A stretch of DNA of 64,000 bases from an uncultured Lachnospiraceae bacterium (GCA_910583965.1 CAJUAE010000009.1:911-64910), one strand, 5' to 3'. Positions 1-8,908 are shown, counted from the first letter of the stretch. Numbers and translations are program-made. Notes: generated by a model not told the origin, from the letters alone.

Positions 1-1
1 A

Positions 2-1142
2 GATTAATAGAAACATGAGATGTATTGAAATCGCTTTCTGGAATATTATCTGGAATGGTTAATTGCAGATTAATAGAAACATGAGATGTATTGAAATTCC
101 GGTTCGATAATTTCGAAACCGACAATACTTTGATTAATAGAAACATGAGATGTATTGAAATCCTGTAGTCCTTTAGCAGTTTCGACAATTGTGAAGATTA
201 ATAGAAACATGAGATGTATTGAAATGCTTCTAATTGCACGCTTGCAATATCTCCATTACTAGATTAATAGAAACATGAGATGTATTGAAATAAAGCGCCA
301 AAACGCGTAAGCGTGTCGTACACGTCTGATTAATAGAAACATGAGATGTATTGAAATCCCATATAGAACACTAGTGCGGCTTCGTACGAAGTGATTAATA
401 GAAACATGAGATGTATTGAAATTCCAGATGACAGAGATATCGAGCGTAAGACTTGAGAGGATTAATAGAAACATGAGATGTATTGAAATATATTAGCCTG
501 TAGTCCTTTCGCGGTTTCGACAATGATTAATAGAAACATGAGATGTATTGAAATAGTTTTTTCTTTAGGGCTGTAAGATCTGTTTCGTGATTAATAGAAA
601 CATGAGATGTATTGAAATCTATTCTGTGGGAACCTATAGCGTTTACGCAACGCGGATTAATAGAAACATGAGATGTATTGAAATCTAAAGCTATTTTTCT
701 TCCCTGCATGCTGCTTTCCGATTAATAGAAACATGAGATGTATTGAAATCCGCTTCACGATTCTGATATCTCTGATTCAGGCGACGATTAATAGAAACAT
801 GAGATGTATTGAAATTAGTGAGGGGGGCAGGCAAAAGCCTACCTATGCAAGATTAATAGAAACATGAGATGTATTGAAATTGGAATATCACGACAGAATG
901 CTTAAGGATATTGATGGATTAATAGAAACATGAGATGTATTGAAATGGATATTGATGTTTTAATAGAGCTGCCAGAGTTGATGATTAATAGAAACATGAG
1001 ATGTATTGAAATTAGCAACACCTACGAAGCCGGAGAGCAGACAGCGGGATTAATAGAAACATGAGATGTATTGAAATGCATTAATATAACTGCCTTTTGC
1101 ACCAACGGGTGAGATTAGTAATTGTATGGTGCGGGTGTGAAA
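2..1142 (+). CRISPR. CRISPR array: 17 identical 30-bp repeats, one degenerate terminal repeat, 17 spacers; continues off the left edge
   Basis: Repeat GATTAATAGAAACATGAGATGTATTGAAAT starts at 2,68,132,196,262,328,393,460,525,589,655,720,786,851,917,983,1048 (all identical). A degenerate copy GATTAGTAATTGTATGGTGCGGGTGTGAAA lies at 1113-1142. Spacers are 34-37 bp and all different. The repeat 3' end ATTGAAAT (Cas6-type 8-nt handle) and the degenerate repeat at the right end argue for + strand transcription, with the leader off-window to the left. Confidence 0.97.
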
Positions 1143-1179
1143 AGAAACCTAATTTATATAAATCCTATTCAAGTATTAC

Positions 1180-1209
1180 TTGACAATGTTTTTCTTGGTA
1201 GCGTATTAT
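1180..1209 (+). promoter_or_regulatory. SigA-type promoter TTGACA-18-TATTAT
   Basis: TTGACA 1180-1185 and TATTAT 1204-1209, about 60 nt upstream of ATG 1270. Confidence 0.5.
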
Positions 1210-1269
1210 AACAAAAAAGAGCAGTGGTAGGATAAAAGTATTGGAGAAGATATAGAAAGAAGATAAAAA

Positions 1270-1674
1270 ATGATTGAGAAAAAAGATGAAAAACAACTGC
1301 TTGTAGAGAAATACGGATTGAAACATGAAAACTGCGCTTGGTATTCAGAGAAGGAAAATGCACATAAGCATCTTATTTTTAAAGATGCCTTTTTTGCGCG
1401 CACAGATATAATTGGTCTATTGTTTCGTATCAACAAATTATGTATGGCAAAGGTAAAATATTTTCGCACAAATATTGCACAGTATGATCCGCTGAAATAC
1501 GATTACAAAAAAGGATTTGTCGATGTTCCGTTGTGGGATGCGGATTTTTTAAGACATCGCAGTTCAGGGTGGATTTTGGATTTTCGCTACTTACAGACAA
1601 TCACTGTATATGATGACTTTATAGCACTGTGTAGAGAACTGGAAGCTTTTGAGAATACAAAAGATATATGCTGA
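1270..1674 (+). CDS. hypothetical protein, 134 aa, no family recognised
   Basis: Open frame with its own near-consensus promoter, directly after the CRISPR trailer. No motif recognised by eye. Confidence 0.5.
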   Translation: MIEKKDEKQLLVEKYGLKHENCAWYSEKENAHKHLIFKDAFFARTDIIGLLFRINKLCMAKVKYFRTNIAQYDPLKYDYKKGFVDVPLWDADFLRHRSSGWILDFRYLQTITVYDDFIALCRELEAFENTKDIC

Positions 1675-1701
1675 TTTTGGTAGGATTTTACTATCGTAAA
1701 A

Positions 1702-3051
1702 TTAGCTACAATGGTCACTATAATTAATTTCATATAACCGTTTTACAGCATCAGGAAATTTCTCCACAGGAACTTCACAGCATGAGAGTGCAATATGTGC
1801 AAAACCATCATTTTCTTTTTTGTCTTTGTGGAAAGGGAAAACTAAAACCCCATTTTTAGCTGCTTTCTCACATAGTTCATCACTGGTCAACGCGCACTTT
1901 ATTTTTAGGTGTACGAGAAAGACAGATTCACCCATGTAGACTTCCGCGTGAGAACCGAAAGTTTTTTCTAAAAGTGCAGACAAAGTTTTTGCTTTGTTGG
2001 AATACAAGCGTTTTAGTTTCCGAATTTGGCTTTCCAAATGTCCGTCGCGTAGAAACTGGCAAAGAGCAAGTTGTTCTGATTTGGAGGCAGTCTGATTGTA
2101 GAGTGCTTTTTTTTCTTCGTATAAGGGTAGTAGTGAGTCGGGCAAAATCATGAAACTTAGGCGAATGGAAGGCAACAAAAGTTTAGAAAAGGTGCTTAAA
2201 TAGACAACATTTTCACCACCTGCAAGTCCCTGCAAACATGGAATTGGTTTGCTAAAATACCGAAATTCATTATCATAGTCATCTTCGAGAATTAATCGGT
2301 CATGAACTGCGCATTCTTTTAAAAGTGTAAGCCGCTTTTCAACACTCATCACATCGCCAAGAGAAGTCATATGAGATGGTGTCATGTAGAGTACATTTGC
2401 ATTTTCTTTGTCTTTTTCAATATTAAATCCATAATCTTCAAAAATAACCATACCTTGCGCAAAGCGTGCGTCATGGAAACAGACTGTGTGACGCTTTTTG
2501 ATGAGCGGACAGAGGATATTAAGCAGTGCTTGGCAACCAGCACCAATCACAATATTCTCAGGACGACAGACAGCGTTTCGCTTATTTATTACATAGTGGC
2601 AGACAACTTCACGCAGTTCATATTCGCCTTGCGGCTCACCGTAAGTCAACATACGTCCATCTTGCCGTAATGTGCTCTTAATATAACGTCGCCACAGGCT
2701 GAAGTCAAAACTTTCTGCGTCCACATTGTTAGAGGTAAAATTGTATAAGATTTTATTTTCGTGTGCTGTAGTCATTTTTTTGGTATGGGTATTTTGTTTA
2801 AAGAATGGATTTACAGTTCTATCAGTGACATAATATCCGCTTTGTGGTCGAGAAATAATATAACCGTCCGCTGCTAGGCATAGATAGGCGGTCTCAATTG
2901 TTGTGCGACTCAGACCTAGCTGCATTGCGCCGCGCCGAATAGAGGGCATTTTTGTTCCTGGCATTAATCGTCCAGTGACAATCAGGTTTTTATAATAGTC
3001 ATACACTTGTAGATAACGTGTGGATTGTGTCGAATTGAAATCAAGATTCAT
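1702..3051 (-). CDS. MocR/PdxR-type regulator (GntR wHTH fused to aminotransferase-like PLP domain)
   Basis: N-terminal GntR wHTH (KMPSIRRGAMQLGLSRTTIETAYLCLAADGYIISRPQSGYYV) plus a ~350-aa class I/II aminotransferase-like domain. Start moved to ATG 3051, behind GGAAAGGCGG, instead of the ORF-track start at 3114. Confidence 0.85.
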   Translation of the reverse strand: MNLDFNSTQSTRYLQVYDYYKNLIVTGRLMPGTKMPSIRRGAMQLGLSRTTIETAYLCLAADGYIISRPQSGYYVTDRTVNPFFKQNTHTKKMTTAHENKILYNFTSNNVDAESFDFSLWRRYIKSTLRQDGRMLTYGEPQGEYELREVVCHYVINKRNAVCRPENIVIGAGCQALLNILCPLIKKRHTVCFHDARFAQGMVIFEDYGFNIEKDKENANVLYMTPSHMTSLGDVMSVEKRLTLLKECAVHDRLILEDDYDNEFRYFSKPIPCLQGLAGGENVVYLSTFSKLLLPSIRLSFMILPDSLLPLYEEKKALYNQTASKSEQLALCQFLRDGHLESQIRKLKRLYSNKAKTLSALLEKTFGSHAEVYMGESVFLVHLKIKCALTSDELCEKAAKNGVLVFPFHKDKKENDGFAHIALSCCEVPVEKFPDAVKRLYEINYSDHCS

Positions 3052-3194
3052 AGGTTGTCCGCCTTTCCTGTTTGTGCTATGATAAATAGTAACATGGCAA
3101 GATGGCAGACGCAAGTTGTAATAATAAATTTATAAAGAGTAGTTATTATTTACAGGCTAATTATTTAATTTTACACAGGAGGCAATGAAAAGCA

Positions 3195-3890
3195 ATGATA
3201 GAGATAAAATACGAAGATGGGAAGTTTCATGCAAAAGGAACCTTTTCGATTGGGATTGCAGGCGTCTATGAAAATAAAGACTTTGACGAGGGAAACATCA
3301 CCATTGATATCGAATTAGATGATGTTTTGGATGCGCTGCAGGAGGAAAAGTCCTTTGAGTTTGAGCCATTGCGTTCCTATTTAAAGGACAAGGGGGAGGA
3401 TGGCGCTGCGATTGCAAAAGGACTTGCGGACTATTATAATCAGAAGGAAACGGAAATCAAGGAGAATGTAAAACAAATTAATGACTGTATTCTCTATCAT
3501 ATGTTTGATGATTTAGAAGCATGTGGATATCCGTTTTGGGAGATTGAAGAAGCAATACTTCCGGGTTCGCTGGACGGATATGACATGGATAATTTGGAAA
3601 CGCAAATCTATGATACGCAGGAAAGTATTAGCAGTTGGGGATTTAAAGCATTTTATAAGCAGCCCAACAATGGAACCCTTGAGAAGCCAGATATAGAAGG
3701 CAGGCTGCGACAACAGTATCCAATGTTTAATTTTGATGGTTTATATGCATCTATGGAACAGGATTGCCTTTATCTGACTGGAAGATTTATGAGTTTTCAG
3801 TTTTCTGATGGTTGGGGAGAACAGCTACTCTGTGCTGCATATGATGAATTTGACGAAAATTTGACTTCGACAGATTGGCATAATCATTAA
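3195..3890 (+). CDS. hypothetical acidic cytoplasmic protein, 231 aa
   Basis: Long open frame divergent from the MocR gene; AGGAGG lies 12 nt upstream. No family recognised. Confidence 0.6.
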   Translation: MIEIKYEDGKFHAKGTFSIGIAGVYENKDFDEGNITIDIELDDVLDALQEEKSFEFEPLRSYLKDKGEDGAAIAKGLADYYNQKETEIKENVKQINDCILYHMFDDLEACGYPFWEIEEAILPGSLDGYDMDNLETQIYDTQESISSWGFKAFYKQPNNGTLEKPDIEGRLRQQYPMFNFDGLYASMEQDCLYLTGRFMSFQFSDGWGEQLLCAAYDEFDENLTSTDWHNH

Positions 3891-4024
3891 TCCACCTGAA
3901 ATAAGTCTCCAGCAAAGACCGAATCAAGAGATAAAATAGAACGCATTTTTGTCATAATGGTATTTCAATTGACTATTAAATAGAAGATTTTGAAATATTT
4001 AATAATAAAAAGGGGGAAACTTTT

Positions 4025-5761
4025 ATGAAAAGCTTGTTAAAGTACATAAAAGACTACAAAAAGGAAAGCATTCTAGCACCTTTATTTAAGATGTTGGAGG
4101 CTTCTTTTGAATTGATGGTGCCACTTGTTATGGCGGCAATTATTGACAATGGTATTGCCAACAGTGATACGCCCTATATTTTTCAGATGGGGGCGGTGTT
4201 GGTGCTACTGGCAGCAGTTGGTCTTGCCAGTTCCGTCACAGCGCAGTATTTTAGCGCAAAGGCAGCAGTTGGATTTGCCACAAAGCTTCGGAGTGCTTTG
4301 TTTGCACATATACAAGGATTGTCTTACACAGAACTTGACACTATTGGAACCAGCACATTAATCACGCGTATGACAAGCGATGTAAATCAGATTCAGAATG
4401 GTGTGAATTTAACGTTGCGTCTGCTATTGCGCTCGCCATTTATTGTGTTTGGTGCAATGGTGATGGCATTCACTGTGGATGTGCAGGCAGCACTTATTTT
4501 TGTGGTGACAATTCCGCTGCTTGCAGTTGTTGTGTTTGGGATTATGCTTGTCAGTATGCCACTATATAAAAAGGTACAAGCAGCGCTTGATAAAATTCTT
4601 GGTAGAACACGTGAAAATCTAGCAGGTGCCCGTGTTATTCGTGCATTTTGTAATGAGGAGTCAGAGACAGCAGATTTTGAGCAGGAAAATGAACTTCTAC
4701 TCAACACACAAGTTTTTGTCGGCAAGATTTCTGCCGCAATGAACCCTGTGACTTATATTATTATTAATCTTGCACTTGTGATTCTTCTGTGGACTGGAGC
4801 TATACGCGTGGACAATGGTATTATCACACAAGGAGAGGTGGTTGCACTAGTAAACTATATGTCGCAGATTTTGGTAGAACTTGTCAAGATGGCAAATCTT
4901 ATTATACAGCTCACCAAAGCACTTGCCTGTGCAAAGCGCGTTGAAAATATCTTTGGGATTACATCTAGCATGGAAAATGGCACATTGCAAGATGTCATAA
5001 GTGGTGAGAATGCAGCAATTGTTTTTGAACATGCAAGCCTCACTTATAGTGGTGGCGGTGATGAATCCCTGACGGATATTGACTTTGTTGTAAAAAAAGG
5101 CGAGACCGTCGGCATTATTGGCGGTACTGGTTCTGGTAAGACTTCAGTAGTGAATTTAATTCCGCGCTTTTATGATGCTACGAAAGGGCGCGTGATTGTA
5201 GATGGGATTCCAGTCAAAGACTATGAGATTTCCACGCTGCGAGAAAAAATCGGTGTTGTTCCGCAGAAGGCAGTTTTGTTTAAAGGAACCATTCGAGAGA
5301 ATCTTTTGTGGGGAAATGAAAATGCATCCGAGCAGGATATTGAGGATGCACTGCGTATTTCGCAGGCGAAAGAGTTTGTTGATACCAAGGATGGCAGACT
5401 TGATTTTATGATTGCGCAAGGCGGCAAAAATCTTTCTGGTGGTCAGAAACAGCGTCTTACAATTGCGCGCGCCATTGTGAGAAAACCAGAGATATTGATT
5501 CTTGACGACAGTGCTTCGGCGCTTGATTTTGCCACGGATGCAAAGCTTCGCGCGGCAGTGAAAGAGATGGGGAATCAGATGACTGTTATTATTGTGTCGC
5601 AGCGCGCAGCATCGATACAATATGCTGATAAAATTGTTGTGTTGGATGATGGTGCAGTGGCAGGAATTGGTACACACGAACAGTTGCTTGCGGACAATGT
5701 AATTTATCAGGAAATCTATTATTCTCAATTTCCAGATAAAAAAGCAAAAGCTGCGGAATAA
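4025..5761 (+). CDS. ABC exporter half-transporter (TMD-NBD), subunit with degenerate ATP site
   Basis: Six predicted TM helices followed by an NBD: Walker A GGTGSGKTS, signature LSGGQKQR, Walker B ILILDD (Asp where the catalytic Glu normally follows). RBS GGGGGA. Confidence 0.93.
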   Translation: MKSLLKYIKDYKKESILAPLFKMLEASFELMVPLVMAAIIDNGIANSDTPYIFQMGAVLVLLAAVGLASSVTAQYFSAKAAVGFATKLRSALFAHIQGLSYTELDTIGTSTLITRMTSDVNQIQNGVNLTLRLLLRSPFIVFGAMVMAFTVDVQAALIFVVTIPLLAVVVFGIMLVSMPLYKKVQAALDKILGRTRENLAGARVIRAFCNEESETADFEQENELLLNTQVFVGKISAAMNPVTYIIINLALVILLWTGAIRVDNGIITQGEVVALVNYMSQILVELVKMANLIIQLTKALACAKRVENIFGITSSMENGTLQDVISGENAAIVFEHASLTYSGGGDESLTDIDFVVKKGETVGIIGGTGSGKTSVVNLIPRFYDATKGRVIVDGIPVKDYEISTLREKIGVVPQKAVLFKGTIRENLLWGNENASEQDIEDALRISQAKEFVDTKDGRLDFMIAQGGKNLSGGQKQRLTIARAIVRKPEILILDDSASALDFATDAKLRAAVKEMGNQMTVIIVSQRAASIQYADKIVVLDDGAVAGIGTHEQLLADNVIYQEIYYSQFPDKKAKAAE

Positions 5762-5762
5762 T

Positions 5763-5901
5763 AGTTATAATTTAGCCTCGGGACTTTGTATTTACTGCAA
5801 AGTCCGTGAAATAACGTAGTAGTTGAGATGCATCAAGCCACCACGAAGTGGTTTTGCATGGCTTGATGCTTGTAACAGGAAGCCGAAGGCTGAACTGTTA
5901 C
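5763..5901 (+). repeat. three-hairpin miniature element, copy B1, flanked by 7-bp direct repeat GAATAAT
   Basis: H1 5781-5805, H2 5830-5869 (nested CCAC-GAA-GTGG), H3 5872-5901. GAATAAT occurs at 5756-5762 and 5902-5908. Same architecture as 29930-30062. Confidence 0.7.
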
Positions 5902-5927
5902 GAATAATGGATGCGGAGGGGATAAAG

Positions 5928-7694
5928 ATGAAAAATTTTGCATCGAATAAGGATATTCTTAAAAAAGTATTAAATCATATTGGAAAATACAAAATTTTCT
6001 TGTTTTTTTCCGTTGCACTTGCGGCGATTTCGGTAATACTTACCTTATATATACCAATTTTAACAGGTGAGGCAGTTGATTGCATTCTTGGTCCTAATGC
6101 TGTAGATTTTGATGGGATTTGGGATATACTAAAGAAGATGGCAGTTATTATTGTATTGACAGCAGTGGTACAGTGGGTTATGAATACTTGTAACAATAAA
6201 ATTGCCTATCAAGTTGTGCGTGACGTGCGTGACGAGGCATTTAAAAAATTGCAAATATTACCACTTAAATACATTGATGGACATTCTCACGGAGACATTG
6301 TAAGCCGTGTGATTGCAGATGTGGATCAGTTTTCTGATGGTTTGTTAATGGGTTTTACACAGCTTTTTACAGGTGTAGTGACAATTATTGGAACCTTGAT
6401 TTTTATGTTTTCCATCAATGTGTCAACAACAATTGTTGTGGTAATTTTGACGCCGCTTTCCTTTTTTATTGCGGGATTTATCGCGAAACGAACATTTAGT
6501 ATGTCTAAGCTTCAGTCGGAGACGCGCGGAGAGCAGACAGCATTGATAGACGAGATGATTGGCAATGAGAAGGTGGTAAAAGCGTTTGGACATGAGCCGC
6601 AGGTGATGGAACAGTTTACTGAAATCAATGACCGTCTGCAAAAGGCCAGTGTCAAGGCAATCTTTTTTTCTTCATTGACCAATCCATGTACACGTTTTGT
6701 CAACAGCCTTGTCTATGCAGGTGTAGGAATCCTCGGTGCATTTCTGGCGATAAACAGATATATCAGCGTGGGACAGCTCACAAGTTTCTTAAGCTATGCC
6801 AACCAGTACACAAAGCCATTTAATGAGATATCTGGTGTTGTGACAGAGTTGCAGACTGCACTGGCGTGTGCAGGTAGGGTATTTGAGTTTATTGAGGAGG
6901 AGCCTCAGATACCAGAGCCAGACAATGCGGCGGTTCTGCAGGCGCCAAGAGGGAATATTGTGATGCAGAACGTTCATTTTTCATACAATCCCGATCAAAA
7001 GTTAATACAGAATTTTAATCTTGAAGTAAAGCCTGGTCAACGTGTGGCGATTGTAGGACCCACTGGATGCGGAAAAACAACTGTCATAAATCTGTTAATG
7101 CGGTTCTATGATGTTAATAGTGGAAGTATTCGGATTGATGGTATTGATATTAGAGATATGACAAGAAAAAGTCTGCGGGAAAGTTTTGGAATGGTTTTGC
7201 AGGAAACTTGGCTTCACGCAGGTACAATACGAGAAAATATTGTGATGGGAAAACCAAATGCCACTGACGACGAAGTGATTGTAGCGGCGAAAGCGGCACA
7301 TGCGCATAGTTTTATCAAACGATTGCCAATGGGATATGACACAGTGATTACAGAAGACGGGGGTAGTCTATCACAAGGACAGAAACAGCTTCTTTGTATT
7401 ACACGCGTAATGCTTTGTCTCCCGCCAATGTTGATTCTTGACGAGGCGACTTCCTCCATTGACACACGCACTGAAATAAAGATTTCGCAGGCGTTTAACA
7501 CAATGATGAAGGGAAGAACAAGTTTTATTGTAGCGCACAGACTTTCTACGATTCGAGAGGCAGATATTATTCTTGTTATGAAAGATGGAAACATCATTGA
7601 ACAGGGAAATCATGAAACGCTTTTAAATAAGAAAGACGGATTTTATGCGAAGCTGTACAACAGTCAATTTGAAGGGAACAGTTCCGCCATATAA
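5928..7694 (+). CDS. ABC exporter half-transporter (TMD-NBD), canonical ATP site
   Basis: Walker A GPTGCGKTT, signature LSQGQKQL, Walker B MLILDEATS. ATG 5928 behind GGAGGGG; the ORF-track start at 5823 reads through the inserted element. Confidence 0.93.
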   Translation: MKNFASNKDILKKVLNHIGKYKIFLFFSVALAAISVILTLYIPILTGEAVDCILGPNAVDFDGIWDILKKMAVIIVLTAVVQWVMNTCNNKIAYQVVRDVRDEAFKKLQILPLKYIDGHSHGDIVSRVIADVDQFSDGLLMGFTQLFTGVVTIIGTLIFMFSINVSTTIVVVILTPLSFFIAGFIAKRTFSMSKLQSETRGEQTALIDEMIGNEKVVKAFGHEPQVMEQFTEINDRLQKASVKAIFFSSLTNPCTRFVNSLVYAGVGILGAFLAINRYISVGQLTSFLSYANQYTKPFNEISGVVTELQTALACAGRVFEFIEEEPQIPEPDNAAVLQAPRGNIVMQNVHFSYNPDQKLIQNFNLEVKPGQRVAIVGPTGCGKTTVINLLMRFYDVNSGSIRIDGIDIRDMTRKSLRESFGMVLQETWLHAGTIRENIVMGKPNATDDEVIVAAKAAHAHSFIKRLPMGYDTVITEDGGSLSQGQKQLLCITRVMLCLPPMLILDEATSSIDTRTEIKISQAFNTMMKGRTSFIVAHRLSTIREADIILVMKDGNIIEQGNHETLLNKKDGFYAKLYNSQFEGNSSAI

Positions 7695-7718
7695 AATTGA
7701 TTGTGCAAATTGTACGCG
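7677..7718 (+). repeat. left arm of a 42-bp inverted repeat (overlaps the last codons and stop of the ABC gene)
   Basis: AACAGTTCCGCCATATAAAATTGATTGTGCAAATTGTACGCG matches the reverse complement of 9051-9092 at 38/42 positions. Confidence 0.85.
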
Positions 7719-7793
7719 GGAGCATGAAATGCGGAGCAATCCGTGGTATCATAGGGGGCAAAATACCTTTTGCCCCCAACATCATATTATTGA
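7717..7793. repeat. partial copy (right ~75 bp) of the 28079-28287 MITE
   Basis: GCGGGAGCATGAAATGCGGAGCAATCCGTGGTATCATA...AAAATACCTTTTGCCCC is nearly identical to 28217-28293. Confidence 0.8.
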
Positions 7794-7906
7794 TAAAAAT
7801 GTACATTGTGGCGGCTTATGAATGGCATGGCTAAACTGTACTATTTAAATCGACATAAACAGTATAGGATGATAGAACGGCAGTGCAGAAAAAGGAGATT
7901 GAAAAA

Positions 7907-8872
7907 ATGATAAATAGTTTTCTGGATGTATCAGATTATGCAATTCTAGGTTTTGTGGGCGTAGCTTTTGCATATCTGTTGACCAGCTTTCTGCTGGCAG
8001 TTGGAATGAACAAACTTCCAAGGGATCATGGGCGGGAATTTGCCCATGACGGAGGGCTTTCTGCGGGTAAGCCGCGTGGTGCAGGGTTTGTGTTTATCCT
8101 TGTGTTTGTGCTGGTTGCGCTTATATTTGGAAATGCGGACAGGGAGATGATAATCTATTTGATTTTGACAGTCTCTGCAATGATGACAGGATATCTTGAC
8201 GATTGTGCAAAAGTGTCTTGGGGAGAATTGCGCAAAGGACTTTTGGATCTTTTGATTGCAGTTATGACTGCGATTACGGTGGTAAATTTTAATGGAAGTG
8301 ATGTCACAATTGCACTGACAGGGCAGGTTATTGCATTTCCTCCCATCGTATATGGAGTGCTCGCAGTAATTTTGGTATGGGGTTCTATCAATGTGACAAA
8401 CTGTGCGGATGGGGTGGATGGTCTCTCTGGCACACTGACCAGTATCACGCTGTTTACGATTTATATGATTATGAATAGAACGGGAGTGGCACCAGAATTT
8501 TCTTATACTATTTTGCTTTTTATTGCCTGTATTTTGGGTTATTTGTGGTTTAATGCAACCCCAAGCCGTCTTTTGATGGGAGATGCTGGTTCACGGGCGA
8601 TGGGACTTTTTATTGCAGTATCTATTATGAAGACAGGAAGGCCATTTTTATACTTTCTTGTGGCTTTTGTATTGATGGTGGACGGCGGAATAGGACTTGT
8701 GAAGGTATCGCTTTTGCGTTTTTTAAAGATAAAAATACTCACCAAGATACGCACACCGCTTCACGATCATGTGCGTAAAAATATGGGGTGGTCCAACGCA
8801 CAGACTGTATTTAAATTTGCAATTATACAGATTATGATATCGGTGGCAGTAGTGTGGTTGACCGTGTTTTAG
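7907..8872 (+). CDS. MraY/WecA-family polyprenyl-phosphate sugar-phosphate transferase (MraY paralogue)
   Basis: Motifs YLDDCAK, NVTNCADGVDGLSG and MGDAGSRAMG, with 10 or so TM helices. C-terminal PLHDHV sits where MraY has the HHH motif. ATG 7907 behind AAGGAG. Confidence 0.85.
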   Translation: MINSFLDVSDYAILGFVGVAFAYLLTSFLLAVGMNKLPRDHGREFAHDGGLSAGKPRGAGFVFILVFVLVALIFGNADREMIIYLILTVSAMMTGYLDDCAKVSWGELRKGLLDLLIAVMTAITVVNFNGSDVTIALTGQVIAFPPIVYGVLAVILVWGSINVTNCADGVDGLSGTLTSITLFTIYMIMNRTGVAPEFSYTILLFIACILGYLWFNATPSRLLMGDAGSRAMGLFIAVSIMKTGRPFLYFLVAFVLMVDGGIGLVKVSLLRFLKIKILTKIRTPLHDHVRKNMGWSNAQTVFKFAIIQIMISVAVVWLTVF

Positions 8873-8873
8873 G

Positions 8874-8901
8874 GCTGTCTTAGACAGCTCTTTTTGTTTT
8901 T
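8874..8901 (+). terminator. intrinsic terminator
   Basis: GCTGTC-TTA-GACAGC followed by TCTTTTTGTTTTT. Confidence 0.75.
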
Positions 8902-8908
8902 ATGCACA

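Noticed and set aside
259-709. ORF-track entries 259..474 and 527..709 (minus strand) with repetitive peptide sequence
   Set aside because: They are read-through translations of the CRISPR repeats (the recurring FNTSHVSIN peptide is repeat-encoded). They are not genes.
1013-1047. The spacer at 1013-1047 shares 15 contiguous nt (CGGAGAGCAGACAGC) with the ABC exporter gene at 6527-6541; possible self-targeting
   Set aside because: Only 15 of 35 nt match, and the rest of the spacer does not align. With 17 spacers against 128 kb of two-strand sequence, a 15-mer coincidence is uncommon but plausible. This is not a functional protospacer.
5823-5927. The ORF-track start at 5823 gives a 35-aa N-terminal extension of the second ABC exporter gene
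   Set aside because: The extension is translated from the inserted three-hairpin element and has no RBS. ATG 5928 behind GGAGGGG gives a normal exporter N-terminus.
7754-7777. The perfect hairpin GGGGGCAAAA-TACC-TTTTGCCCCC as the terminator of the ABC exporter operon
   Set aside because: No T-run follows on either strand, and the hairpin is part of the MITE fragment shared with 28217-28293. Termination activity cannot be inferred.
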